In this document: piece after piece, positions 33,251 through 42,587 of the stretch
Position numbering within the stretch: the stretch's first letter is position 1
Layout of the letters: every line of letters begins with the position of its first letter
Assembly (NCBI GenBank): GCA_030826885.1
Contig: JAUUDF010000018.1
Coordinates: forward strand, 415-64,414
Origin: Sulfurovum sp.
Lineage (GTDB): Bacteria > Campylobacterota > Campylobacteria > Campylobacterales > Sulfurovaceae
Length of the DNA: 64,000 nt
Direction: 5' to 3'
The notes under the pieces: generated by a model
Databases searched by the model: none
What the model saw: only the letters and a program-made list of their open reading frames with translations
Told to the model about the DNA's origin: nothing
Translations under genes and position numbers: made by a program

Positions 33251-33354
33251 AATACAGGTTCTTCCTACTGTTTTAGAATACTGTAGACAAGAAGTTACTT
33301 TAAAAGTCTACTTCAATATTCCATGCGTTTAGGGGCATAACCAATAAAAAATAT

Positions 33355-33376
33355 GTAGGGTGCGTAATCACGCACC
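33355..33376 (+). repeat. Single GTAG-type REP-like palindrome
   Basis: GTAG followed by GGTGCGT-aatc-ACGCACC, the architecture of RAYT-associated REPs. Confidence 0.55.
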
Positions 33377-33403
33377 ATTTAAAATATGATGAAAGAGAGA
33401 AAT

Positions 33404-34936
33404 ATGAGAGCATTATTGAGTGTAAGTGACAAGACAGGTATTGTAGAGTTTGCCAAAGGATTGGAGAAGCTTGGCTGGGAGATCATCTCAACAGGCGGGA
33501 CATACAAGAAACTAAGCGATGCCGGTGTCAAGGTTATTGAGATTGACGAAGTGACGAAATTTCCGGAGTGTTTCGAGGGGCGTGTGAAAACGCTTAACCC
33601 CTATGTGCATGGGGGTATTTTGCACAAGCGCGGTGATGAAGCGCATGTGGCACAGGCCAAGGAACTGGGTGTCGAGGGGATCGATCTGGTATGTGTCAAC
33701 CTCTATCCGTTCAAGGAGACCATCGAGCGTACCGATGACTTTGATGAGATTATCGAGAACATCGATATTGGCGGACCGACCATGGTACGTTCCGCGGCAA
33801 AGAACTTTAACGATGTGCTGATTGTTACGGACGTAAACGACTACAGTGCGGTACTCAATGCACTTGAAAACAATGAAAATACGCTTGAGTTCAGACGTGA
33901 CTTGATGATTAAGGCGTTTGAACACACCGCAGCCTATGATGGAATGATCGCCAACTACATGAACGAGCGGTTTAATGAAGGCTTCGGTGCGCACCGTTTC
34001 ATTACCGGTAAAAAAGTCTTCCAGACACGTTACGGAGAGAACCCGCACCAAGACGGCGCACTCTATGAGTTTGACAGCTTCTTCAGCGATCACTTCAAAC
34101 AGATCAAAGGTGAGGCGAGCTTCAACAACCTCACGGATGTCAACGGTGCACTCAAGATCGCTTCGAGCTTTGGGGATGAGAATGCCGTGTGTATCGTCAA
34201 GCACGGGAACCCTTGCGGATTTGCCATTAAAGAGTCTCTGGTAGAGAGTTATACAGAAGCGCTCAAATGTGACCCTGTCTCTGCTTTTGGAGGGGTGGTC
34301 GCGGTCAATGGTGTGGTCACCAAAGAGCTGGCCGAAAAGATGAACGAGATCTTCCTTGAAGTGATCATTGCGGCACGTTTCGAGGAAGATGCCGTTGCTG
34401 TCTTTGAAAAGAAAAAACGTATCAAACTCTTTGAACAGGGGGGCGATAAACTGGTGATGGCAAATGACAAGTATGATTTCAAACATGTCGATGGCGGTTT
34501 TGTTTTCCAAAACAGCGACTGCATCTGTGACAACGAGGTGCATAACGCACATCTGAAATCTGAAAAGAGAGCGACGGAGCAGGAGATGAAAGACCTTGAG
34601 ATCGCATGGAAAGTCGCAGGGCTGACCAAATCAAACTGTGTCGTTTATGTCAAAAACTCGGCGATGGTTGCTGTAGGGATGGGGATGACAAGCCGTGTCG
34701 ATGCAGCACAGTGTGCACTCAAAAAAGCAAAAGAGATGGGGCTGGACGTTACCGGTGCCGCAATGGCAAGCGAAGCCTTCTTCCCGTTTAGAGACTCGGT
34801 TGATGCTGCAGCCGAAGCCGGTGTCAGTGCCATTATTGAACCGGGCGGCTCCATCCGTGACGATGAAGTCATTGAAGCAGCCAATGAGCACGGCATTGCG
34901 CTTTACTTTACGACGGTAAGACACTTCCTGCATTAA
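33404..34936 (+). CDS. purH: Bifunctional AICAR transformylase/IMP cyclohydrolase
   Basis: [37 protein letters not shown] and RHFLH motifs. Confidence 0.98.
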   Translation: MRALLSVSDKTGIVEFAKGLEKLGWEIISTGGTYKKLSDAGVKVIEIDEVTKFPECFEGRVKTLNPYVHGGILHKRGDEAHVAQAKELGVEGIDLVCVNLYPFKETIERTDDFDEIIENIDIGGPTMVRSAAKNFNDVLIVTDVNDYSAVLNALENNENTLEFRRDLMIKAFEHTAAYDGMIANYMNERFNEGFGAHRFITGKKVFQTRYGENPHQDGALYEFDSFFSDHFKQIKGEASFNNLTDVNGALKIASSFGDENAVCIVKHGNPCGFAIKESLVESYTEALKCDPVSAFGGVVAVNGVVTKELAEKMNEIFLEVIIAARFEEDAVAVFEKKKRIKLFEQGGDKLVMANDKYDFKHVDGGFVFQNSDCICDNEVHNAHLKSEKRATEQEMKDLEIAWKVAGLTKSNCVVYVKNSAMVAVGMGMTSRVDAAQCALKKAKEMGLDVTGAAMASEAFFPFRDSVDAAAEAGVSAIIEPGGSIRDDEVIEAANEHGIALYFTTVRHFLH

Positions 34937-34957
34937 AAAATGGGCTCTGCCCATTTT
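34937..34957. terminator. Intrinsic terminator hairpin after purH
   Basis: AAAATGGGC-tct-GCCCATTTT. Confidence 0.7.
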
Positions 34958-34991
34958 AGCGTTCAGCGTTTAGTGCGTAGCATTCAGAATT
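34957..34991. repeat. Five degenerate heptamer repeats (NAGNNNN)
   Basis: tagcgtt cagcgtt tagtgcg tagcatt cagaatt. Confidence 0.65.
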
Positions 34992-35036
34992 TTATTAACT
35001 TCTCCTCTTCCTCTTACATATAAGCTTGACAAAAAT

Positions 35037-35831
35037 TCATATCTGTGTCAAATTCGCTACCCGTTTAAACTGATACATCATAATTGAAGCCGCGATGGCG
35101 ACATTGAAACTTTTAATTTCCGGTTCCATCTCAATGGTGACGACTTCGTCACACAAATCAAGTATCTCCTGAGAAATGCCCAGCTGTTCATGTCCCATCA
35201 GCAGTACCCAATTTTGGGGTACTTTTACCTTTGAAAGCGGTGTGGAGTCTTTTGTTACTTCAGCGGCGAAGATACGGTAGCCCAACGCTTTGAGTTTTTT
35301 AAGTGTTTCTTTGATGTCATGGTAACGGTGGTAGTCCAGTTTGCCGATGTGCCCCATGGAGATGCGTACGGCACGGCGGCTGTAGGGGTGTGGACCGTGG
35401 GTCGGAAGCAGATAGCTGTTAACACCGAGTGCTGCCGCCGAGCGGGCGATGGCACCGACATTGTCACTGTTGCTTATCTCGTCGAGCATGATGATCCGCT
35501 CTGACATTGCTTCAAGAGGAGTTTCGTCGGGGCGGATGGCATGCATCATGACGTTGTGGTGCAGACGGTGTCCGACGATCTGTTCGAGAACGGACTTCTC
35601 GGCGACATAGGCTGCGGGAATGTCATAGTGCTGTAGCCATTCGCGGTTTTCATCGTAAAATGCCTGGGTGGCAAAAAGGCTTTTAATGCCAACCCCTGCC
35701 TCTATGAGCAGTCTGACCACTTTGGGGCTGTCGGCAACGAAAGAGCCGTCTTTGTTGAATGCGTTTTCTCTAAAGCGTTGATATATCTGAAGTTGTGGAA
35801 GTTCGAGGTTGTCTACATAGATTAATTTCAT
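35037..35831 (-). CDS. TrmH/SpoU-family RNA methyltransferase
   Basis: NVGAIARSAAALG, LLMGHEQLG and SFNVAIAASI motifs. Confidence 0.92.
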   Translation of the reverse strand: MKLIYVDNLELPQLQIYQRFRENAFNKDGSFVADSPKVVRLLIEAGVGIKSLFATQAFYDENREWLQHYDIPAAYVAEKSVLEQIVGHRLHHNVMMHAIRPDETPLEAMSERIIMLDEISNSDNVGAIARSAAALGVNSYLLPTHGPHPYSRRAVRISMGHIGKLDYHRYHDIKETLKKLKALGYRIFAAEVTKDSTPLSKVKVPQNWVLLMGHEQLGISQEILDLCDEVVTIEMEPEIKSFNVAIAASIMMYQFKRVANLTQI

Positions 35832-35884
35832 GGATGTATTGTATCGAAAATGTCAAATCAAAAAAAGCAGAAAAAAAGTATAAA

Positions 35885-35919
35885 GTTGATTGACATTGAC
35901 TAAACTTTTCTGATATAAT
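35885..35919 (+). promoter_or_regulatory. HAIR-like HspR operator overlapping the sigma70 promoter of cbpA-hspR
   Basis: GTTGATT-N7-ACTAAAC (35885-35905) resembles CTTGAGT-N7-ACTCAAG; TTGACA at 35890 and TGaTATAAT at 35911-35919. Confidence 0.7.
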
Positions 35920-35940
35920 ACGTCTAAAATTAAAGTTAGA

Positions 35941-36057
35941 TTAAGAAGTTTTACGCGTATGGTGTCATGATACTCTGGCACCTTGCAAACGGCAAAGCCG
36001 CCCTACGGGTTGGGTGCAAGGTTTGTCGCATCGCACCACCATACGCAAAGTTCTTGA
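35941..36057 (+). other. Strongly structured 5' leader (long rod with terminal three-way junction)
   Basis: GCGTATGGTG/CACCATACGC, CCTTGCA/TGCAAGG, CGGC-aaa-GCCG and CCC-tac-GGG pairings. Confidence 0.6.
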
Positions 36058-36073
36058 AGAGTAGGAAAGAGCC

Positions 36074-36955
36074 ATGTCAAAAAGTCTATATGAAACATTA
36101 GGTGTCAGTGAAAATGCGAGTGCTGACGAAATCAAAAAAGCGTATCGAAAACTCGCAAGAAAATACCATCCGGATATCAACAAGGAACCTGAAGCGCAGG
36201 AGAAATTTAAAGAGATCAATGCTGCGTATGAGGTTTTGAGCGATCCGGAGAAGAAAGCGCAGTATGATCAGTTCGGCGATCAGATGTTTGGTGGTCAGAA
36301 CTTCCAGGATTTTGCAAGAGGTCAGGGAGCGAATGTCGACCTTGAGGAGATATTGCGTCAAATGTTTGGCGGCGGCGGTGGAGCTGGCGGATTTGGCGGA
36401 TTTGGCGGCGGAAGTGCCAGAGGCGGATTCGGCGGCGGTGGCTTTGGAGGCTACCAGGCACCCGATCTGGACGTGCATGCGCGCATTACCATACCGTTTC
36501 TGGTTGCCGTTAACGGCGGTAAGCACCATATTTCTCTCAACGGTGAAAGCTTTGACATCAAGATCCCTGCAGGCATCAAGAGCGGTGAGACCCTGCGTGT
36601 TAGAGGCAAGGGAAAGAAGATGCAGGGGCAGTCTGGCGACCTGCTGATTAAGGTAGAAGTTGCCGACTCTCCAGAATATGAGAGAAAAGGAAATGATCTC
36701 TATAAAACCTTTGACGTACCGCTTAAAGAGGCACTCTTTGGCGGAAAAGTACAGGTGCAGACACCTGAGAAAGAGGTATCGCTGAAGGTACCCAAAAATA
36801 CCAAGAACGGACAGAAGTTCCGTCTGAAAGGCAAAGGGGTACCGGACAGAAAAACGGCACTGAGAGGGGATCTTTACCTTGTTGCAAACATTGTCCTTCC
36901 CGATGTCGATTCGCTTGATCCGGAATTGAGAAAAATGTGTGAAGAGAAACTGTAA
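36074..36955 (+). CDS. cbpA: DnaJ-class co-chaperone CbpA
   Basis: J domain with HPD, G/F-rich region, no zinc finger; upstream of hspR. Confidence 0.92.
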   Translation: MSKSLYETLGVSENASADEIKKAYRKLARKYHPDINKEPEAQEKFKEINAAYEVLSDPEKKAQYDQFGDQMFGGQNFQDFARGQGANVDLEEILRQMFGGGGGAGGFGGFGGGSARGGFGGGGFGGYQAPDLDVHARITIPFLVAVNGGKHHISLNGESFDIKIPAGIKSGETLRVRGKGKKMQGQSGDLLIKVEVADSPEYERKGNDLYKTFDVPLKEALFGGKVQVQTPEKEVSLKVPKNTKNGQKFRLKGKGVPDRKTALRGDLYLVANIVLPDVDSLDPELRKMCEEKL

Positions 36956-36974
36956 CGAAAGAAAGGAGTAGCAG

Positions 36975-37346
36975 ATGCACAGTTATGATGAACCGGTTTA
37001 CCTGATCTCGGTAGTGGCGTCGATGCTTGATATACATCCGCAGACGCTCAGGCAGTATGAACGCGAAGGGCTGGTTGAACCCTCCCGTACACAGGGGCGG
37101 ATGCGTCTTTATTCTCAGCGTGATATCGACCGTATGAAACTTATTTTACGACTGACCCGTCAGATGGGGGTCAACCTTGCCGGTGTAGACATTGTGCTGC
37201 AGCTTAAAGAGCAGATAGACAAGATGCAAGAAGAGATAGACATGCTTCGTGAAGAGCTCAGTAAGGTAAACCGCAACGGTTCGGTACACAGCTCCAAGGC
37301 ACTGGTTGCAAAGAGTGCCTATGATATCATTATCTTCGAGGAGTAG
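36975..37346 (+). CDS. hspR: MerR-family heat-shock repressor
   Basis: YDEPVYLISVVA.ML.IHPQTLRQYEREGL and GVNLAGV motifs. Confidence 0.95.
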   Translation: MHSYDEPVYLISVVASMLDIHPQTLRQYEREGLVEPSRTQGRMRLYSQRDIDRMKLILRLTRQMGVNLAGVDIVLQLKEQIDKMQEEIDMLREELSKVNRNGSVHSSKALVAKSAYDIIIFEE

Positions 37347-37469
37347 ACTTTATCGTCTCTGCTCCTTTCTCTCTCTTTTTTATTCTCTTTTTTTGATATG
37401 GATTAACTTTCGGTATATGCTCAGGGAGTATAATGACTCTATACCATCACCAGCGTAAAGGATACTCTC

Positions 37470-38441
37470 ATGGACAAACAGCTTGCGGAAGAGATATATT
37501 TTGAAATGGTACGTGGCAGGGCATTTGAGTATGCTGCCAAAGAGCACTATATGAAGGGAGAGATTTCCGGTTTTCTACACCTTGATATCGGTCAGGAGGC
37601 ACTGAGTGTAGCTGCCATGAAGGCGTTTGGAAAGGGAGATGTCTTTTCGACCTACCGTGAACATATTATGGCGATGGTACGCGGTATCAGTCCCAATGCC
37701 GTGATGGCGGAGCTTTTTGGTAAAGCCGAAGGTGTCAGTGAAGGCAAGGGCGGGTCGATGCACCTGTTTGACCCTTCGCATTACTTCTACGGCGGTGATG
37801 CCATTGTCGGCGGCCACATTCCCAATGCGGTCGGGTGTGCCTACGCAAGGAAGTATCAGGGTGAAGAGAGCGGGGTGATGGTTGTTTTTGGTGACGGAGC
37901 GACCAACGGCGGTGCGTTTTTCGAGTCGCTGAATATCGCTTCTGCACAGAAACTGCCGCTGCTGTTTTTATGTGAAAACAACGAATATGCCATCGGTACG
38001 AATATCACCCGTGTCTCCCCGTTTAAGAAACAGTCGAAAAAGGCGGAGCCCTACATGCCGACACTCGAAGTAGACGGGATGGATGCAGTGGCCGTACACA
38101 AGGTCATCACCGATGCCAAAGCCTACCTTGAGAAGGGGCATGGACCCATTTTCATCGAAGCGATGACCTGCCGCTATGAGGGGCACTCCATGAGTGATGC
38201 CAACGCCTACCGCAGTGCGCAGGAGATGGCACAGTGCAAGGCGCGCGACCCCATCGAAAAAATGAAGCACTATCTTGAGACGGTCTATGAGATGGATGAG
38301 ACTGTGATCGCGCAGATAGAATCGCAAGCGCAGCAGGAGGTCGATGCGGCGGTCGCATTTGCATCTGAAGCACCGGAACCGGCACCTGAAGCACTGTATG
38401 CGCATATGTTTGTGGAAGGAGGCAATCATGCTCTATCGTGA
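37470..38441 (+). CDS. pdhA: Pyruvate dehydrogenase E1 alpha
   Basis: GFLHLDIGQEA, GKGGSMH, GDGA...ENN TPP motif and RYEGHSMSD. Confidence 0.93.
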   Translation: MDKQLAEEIYFEMVRGRAFEYAAKEHYMKGEISGFLHLDIGQEALSVAAMKAFGKGDVFSTYREHIMAMVRGISPNAVMAELFGKAEGVSEGKGGSMHLFDPSHYFYGGDAIVGGHIPNAVGCAYARKYQGEESGVMVVFGDGATNGGAFFESLNIASAQKLPLLFLCENNEYAIGTNITRVSPFKKQSKKAEPYMPTLEVDGMDAVAVHKVITDAKAYLEKGHGPIFIEAMTCRYEGHSMSDANAYRSAQEMAQCKARDPIEKMKHYLETVYEMDETVIAQIESQAQQEVDAAVAFASEAPEPAPEALYAHMFVEGGNHALS

Positions 38442-39405
38442 AGCACTCAACAAGGCACTCGATGAAGTGATGGCAAAAGATGAGAATGTGGTCGTACTTG
38501 GTGAGGATGTCGGGCTGTACGGCGGCAGTTACCGTGTGACGGAGGGGCTTGCCGTCAAGTATGGTGAGCGCAGAGCCATCGATACCCCCATTGCCGAACT
38601 CTCCATTGTCGGCAATGCCGTAGGGATGGCCATAGGCGGGCTGCGCCCTGTTGCGGAGATCATGACCGCCAATTTCGCCCTGCTGGCGTTCGATCAGATC
38701 ATCAACCATATGGCGAAATACCGCTATATGAGTGCCGGGAAGATCACGCTGCCTATGGTGGTGCGTTTTCCGCAGGGAGTAAGCCGCCAGCTTGCCGCGC
38801 AGCATTCGGAAAGCTACGAGCAGATGCTTGCTGCCGTACCAGGACTGAGAGTGCTTGCCGCCTCGGATGTCAATTATGCCTACCATGCCCTCAAACATGC
38901 CGTACTGAGCGATGACCCCTACCTTTTCATCGAGCATGAACTGCTGTATAACAAAAAAGGTGATGTCGATGTAGATAGACCGCTTGACCCGTTTAAAGCA
39001 AGGATTGTCAAGGAGGGAGAGGCAGTAACGATCGTCAGTTATCTTAAAATGGTCGATGATGTGATGGCTGCCCTGCCGCAGATAGAAGAAACACTCGGAT
39101 GCAGCTGTGAGGTGATAGACCTCTGTTCGCTCAACCCCGTAGACTACGATACACTGCGCAAATCCATTGAGAAGACCTCACGGCTTGTGATGGTCGAGGA
39201 GGACCATAAAACGGGCGGTTACGGGGCACAGATTGTCAGCACAATAGCGGAGGAAATGTTCTATGCGCTCGATGCACCGCCGTTGCGTATTGCCGGTGAG
39301 GATGTGCCTGTTCCCTACAACCGTAGACTTGAACTGCAGAGCATTCCAACCCCCGATTCCATTGCCGAAGCGGTTATTGCGTGGGGAAGGAAACATGATG
39401 TATGA
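38428..39405 (+). CDS. pdhB: Pyruvate dehydrogenase E1 beta
   Basis: GEDVG.YGG, DTPIAE and AAQHS motifs. Confidence 0.93.
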   Translation: MLYREALNKALDEVMAKDENVVVLGEDVGLYGGSYRVTEGLAVKYGERRAIDTPIAELSIVGNAVGMAIGGLRPVAEIMTANFALLAFDQIINHMAKYRYMSAGKITLPMVVRFPQGVSRQLAAQHSESYEQMLAAVPGLRVLAASDVNYAYHALKHAVLSDDPYLFIEHELLYNKKGDVDVDRPLDPFKARIVKEGEAVTIVSYLKMVDDVMAALPQIEETLGCSCEVIDLCSLNPVDYDTLRKSIEKTSRLVMVEEDHKTGGYGAQIVSTIAEEMFYALDAPPLRIAGEDVPVPYNRRLELQSIPTPDSIAEAVIAWGRKHDV

Positions 39406-40678
39406 GATCGTCATGCCTCAGCTCTCCGACTCGATGGAGGAGGGAAAGCTTATTGAATGGAAAGTCCAGCCCGGACAGAAGGTCAAGGCAGGTGATGTCA
39501 TCGCCAACGTAGAGAGCGACAAAGCTGTCATGGAGGTGCAAACCTTCAAGGCGGGTACGGTCGCATCCCTGAAGGTAGAAGCGGGCAGCACTGCGCCGGT
39601 AGGGACGGTCATTGCCAAGATAGACCCAGGCGAAGAAAGCAACAGTAAAATAGCAAAGAGAAGAGAGCAGGGAGCAAAGAAAAAAGACAATGTAGTCAGT
39701 AAAGCAGAACCTGCCGATACAAAGGTTCAGAAAACAACCCAAACGTCGGCACCTACAAAATCGGTACAGGAAAAAGAAACAAAAACAGATTCGTCTACTC
39801 TCTACTCTCTACCCGCTACCCGCTTATTCTCCCCTAAAGCCCGTGCCAAAGCAGCGGCATACGGACTCGATGCTGAGACAATCAGGCAGCATACGGGCAA
39901 AGAGACGATCCATGTAGAGGATGTGGAGACGTACAGAGTAGAGCACTACTTTACACCCAAGGCACAGGCGCTTCTTTCCCGCTACCGTATTGACCCGGGT
40001 CTCTTCACACTCGATCATAAAATTGACAGCGAAGAGGTGGAGGCGTACATTGCAGCACATGCGCTGGCGTTGCCTACACCGCTAAGTCCTATGCAACAGG
40101 CGATCATTGCCAATGTCAATGCCTCTGCGAAGAAGCCGGTCTATCATGTGTATGAATCGCTCGATGCTTCACTGCTGCAGCGTTACGAAGCACACTACAG
40201 CATGACCGCAGTACTGGTAAGAGTGTTTGCCGTGGCCATGATGCGCTTTGCGCATTTTCGTGCACGGCTGCATGACGATGTGATGCTTGTCTCCCCCGAT
40301 GCGAATATCGCTGTGGCCGTAGCGGATGAAGAGGTACTCTATATGCCTGTCATCAGACAGGCACAGCGACTGAGCCTTTTGCAGATATCCGATGTACTCG
40401 CATCATTTAAAGAAAAGCGCATAAAGCGCAGTTTTACGGCGGCAGACTTTGAAGGTTCGACGTTTGGCATCTCCAATCTCGGCATGTTCGGTGTGACGCG
40501 TTTCGATGCCATGATAAACAAGAATGACAGTGCCATTGCGGCTATAGGTGCAGCAGAGCAGGGTAAACTCTCCGTCACCCTGACGATCGACCATCGGCTG
40601 GTCAACGGGTATGAGGCGGCACAGTTTGTTGCATTTCTCAAAGAATCTGTAACAGATCCGGAAACATTCAAGGAGTAA
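39398..40678 (+). CDS. pdhC: Dihydrolipoamide acetyltransferase E2
   Basis: Lipoyl domain VESDKA, PSBD-like segments, STFGISNLG and DHRLVNG. Confidence 0.92.
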   Translation: MYEIVMPQLSDSMEEGKLIEWKVQPGQKVKAGDVIANVESDKAVMEVQTFKAGTVASLKVEAGSTAPVGTVIAKIDPGEESNSKIAKRREQGAKKKDNVVSKAEPADTKVQKTTQTSAPTKSVQEKETKTDSSTLYSLPATRLFSPKARAKAAAYGLDAETIRQHTGKETIHVEDVETYRVEHYFTPKAQALLSRYRIDPGLFTLDHKIDSEEVEAYIAAHALALPTPLSPMQQAIIANVNASAKKPVYHVYESLDASLLQRYEAHYSMTAVLVRVFAVAMMRFAHFRARLHDDVMLVSPDANIAVAVADEEVLYMPVIRQAQRLSLLQISDVLASFKEKRIKRSFTAADFEGSTFGISNLGMFGVTRFDAMINKNDSAIAAIGAAEQGKLSVTLTIDHRLVNGYEAAQFVAFLKESVTDPETFKE

Positions 40679-42003
40679 TGATGTATGACATTATCTATAT
40701 TGGCGGAGGGCTGAACTATGCTGGTGCCATCGTGGCGGCCAAGCAGGGGAAAAAGGTGGCACTGATCGAACAGGATCTATCACAGCTTGGCGGGGTCTGT
40801 CTGCACAAAGGGTGCATTCCCTCCAAAATGTTCCTCCACCACGCCAATACGGTCTTTGAGAGCCAAAACGAGGTATTGAAAGGAACCCTTTCTCTGGATG
40901 TAGCGAAGCTGACTGAAAAGAAATGGGCATTGCTTGAGAATGTTGGCAAGATTGTCCGGAAACAGTGTGAAAGTGCCGGGGTGACTCTGGTTGAAGCCAA
41001 AGGGAGGGTGGTTGCCCCTGGCAAGGTAGAGGCAGGCAGCGAGGTACTGGAGGCTGCTGCCGTGGTGATGGGTACGGGCTCTTCTGCGTTCATCCCCGAA
41101 GGGATTGACTATGACGGCAAGCAGATCATTACCAGTGACGAGGTGCTCGAACTAATTGCCCTTCCTGAAAAGATCGCCATCTACGGTACCGGTGCCATCG
41201 GGCTGGAGATGGCAAGCTTTTTTGCCGCTTCGGGTGTGGATGTGATGCTTATCGGAAGGGATGATACCTTTCCAAAAGGAGCACATGCGAGTGTGCAGCA
41301 GGCGATGAAAACCCAGTTTGAGAAGCTGGGTGTCACCCATGTAGCCGGTTCGATCGTCAGCGCGAAAAGCACCGACAAACGAGGGGTGCATATAGTAATG
41401 GACAACCAACATGAGCACTATGTACCAATGTTGCTTGTTGCAACTGGCAGAAGACCCAACACCGGTGTGGCAGGCTGTGAAGAGATTGCCGTTGAACGGG
41501 GTATTATGACTGACGGATGGTTTGAAACGACGCTTAAAGGACACTATGCCGTAGGGGACTGTAACGGAAAACTGCAGCTTGCCCATGCGGCACGTGCGCA
41601 GGCACTCAATGTAACCGAGCGTCTGCTTGGAAACGCTCTGCGTATGCTCAACCTCTCACATGTGGTCAAATTCATCCACACCCTGCCGATGAGTTACGCC
41701 TATGTTGGCAAGCGACGCTCGGAGCTCGATGCAGAGGGGATGCACTATAGTGAAAAAGCGGTACCGCTCAACCAGTTTACCTATTCGGTCTACAACCATG
41801 CGACAAAAGGGGTGATGATCAGCTATGTGGATGCACAAGGCTTTATTCTCGGTGCGGAGATCCTTGCGCCCAATGCAGAAGAGCTTATTTCCGCTGTGGC
41901 GATGGCACTGGCGGGTGAGATGGATGTGGCACAGGCGAAGCGTACCATTCTGGCACACCCGACCTTCAGTGAAGCGCTGGAACGTACCTTTTACCGGCTA
42001 TGA
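40678..42003 (+). CDS. lpdA: Dihydrolipoamide dehydrogenase E3
   Basis: GGVCLHKGCIPSK, LAHAA and HPTFSE motifs. Confidence 0.92.
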   Translation: MMYDIIYIGGGLNYAGAIVAAKQGKKVALIEQDLSQLGGVCLHKGCIPSKMFLHHANTVFESQNEVLKGTLSLDVAKLTEKKWALLENVGKIVRKQCESAGVTLVEAKGRVVAPGKVEAGSEVLEAAAVVMGTGSSAFIPEGIDYDGKQIITSDEVLELIALPEKIAIYGTGAIGLEMASFFAASGVDVMLIGRDDTFPKGAHASVQQAMKTQFEKLGVTHVAGSIVSAKSTDKRGVHIVMDNQHEHYVPMLLVATGRRPNTGVAGCEEIAVERGIMTDGWFETTLKGHYAVGDCNGKLQLAHAARAQALNVTERLLGNALRMLNLSHVVKFIHTLPMSYAYVGKRRSELDAEGMHYSEKAVPLNQFTYSVYNHATKGVMISYVDAQGFILGAEILAPNAEELISAVAMALAGEMDVAQAKRTILAHPTFSEALERTFYRL

Positions 42004-42587
42004 AACTCCACCGATGGCAGGAAATTTTCTACACCGAAGCGATGGATCAGATGCGCCTGGTCCATGCCGAGGCGTGTCATGATGGAAAGAACCATCTGAT
42101 CTTCTGTTCTCATCCGCCGGTCTTTACCGTGGGTACGGATGATCAAAAGAAGTGGGATGTCAATGTCGTCTCCAGTGACAGGGGCGGTTCTATAACCTGC
42201 CACTCTCCGGGACAGGCGGTAGGCTATTTCTGCTTTCAGGTACCGCAGCCGGCGCGCTTTTACCGCAATGTACTTACTGCCTACGAAGCGTTTTTTGCCG
42301 ACGTACTCCCCTCGGTGACCTACCGCAAAGAGGCACCGGGGTTTTACATAGAGAACAGAAAGATCGCCTCACTGGGGTTTCGCTATGCCAAGGGGGTCAG
42401 CCTGCACGGCGTAGCGCTCAATGTTTCGGTCGACCTTTCACTGCATCGGCAGATCATCCCCTGTGGACTGGAGGGCATTGTGGCAACGTCACTTGAAGCG
42501 GAAGGGGTGACGATGTCTGTATCGGAAGCGGAAGATTGTCTGCTGACATGTATAGCGGAGGCATTTGATGAAGACGTGGAAACCTAA
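42000..42587 (+). CDS. lipB: Lipoate-protein ligase B (octanoyltransferase)
   Basis: HPPVFTVG, DRGGSITCH.PGQ, KIASLG, HGVALNV and IIPCG motifs. Confidence 0.93.
   Translation: MKLHRWQEIFYTEAMDQMRLVHAEACHDGKNHLIFCSHPPVFTVGTDDQKKWDVNVVSSDRGGSITCHSPGQAVGYFCFQVPQPARFYRNVLTAYEAFFADVLPSVTYRKEAPGFYIENRKIASLGFRYAKGVSLHGVALNVSVDLSLHRQIIPCGLEGIVATSLEAEGVTMSVSEAEDCLLTCIAEAFDEDVET

Noticed and set aside
35989-36021. c-di-GMP-I riboswitch (GGCAAA...GCAA resemblance)
   Set aside because: It lacks the GNRA tetraloop/receptor and P3 layout, and the alternative long-rod pairing is much stronger
40588-40610. E2 catalytic motif DHRLVNG instead of DHRxxDG as a sign of inactivity
   Set aside because: The His-x3-Asn variant is known in active E2 enzymes such as Azotobacter vinelandii E2p
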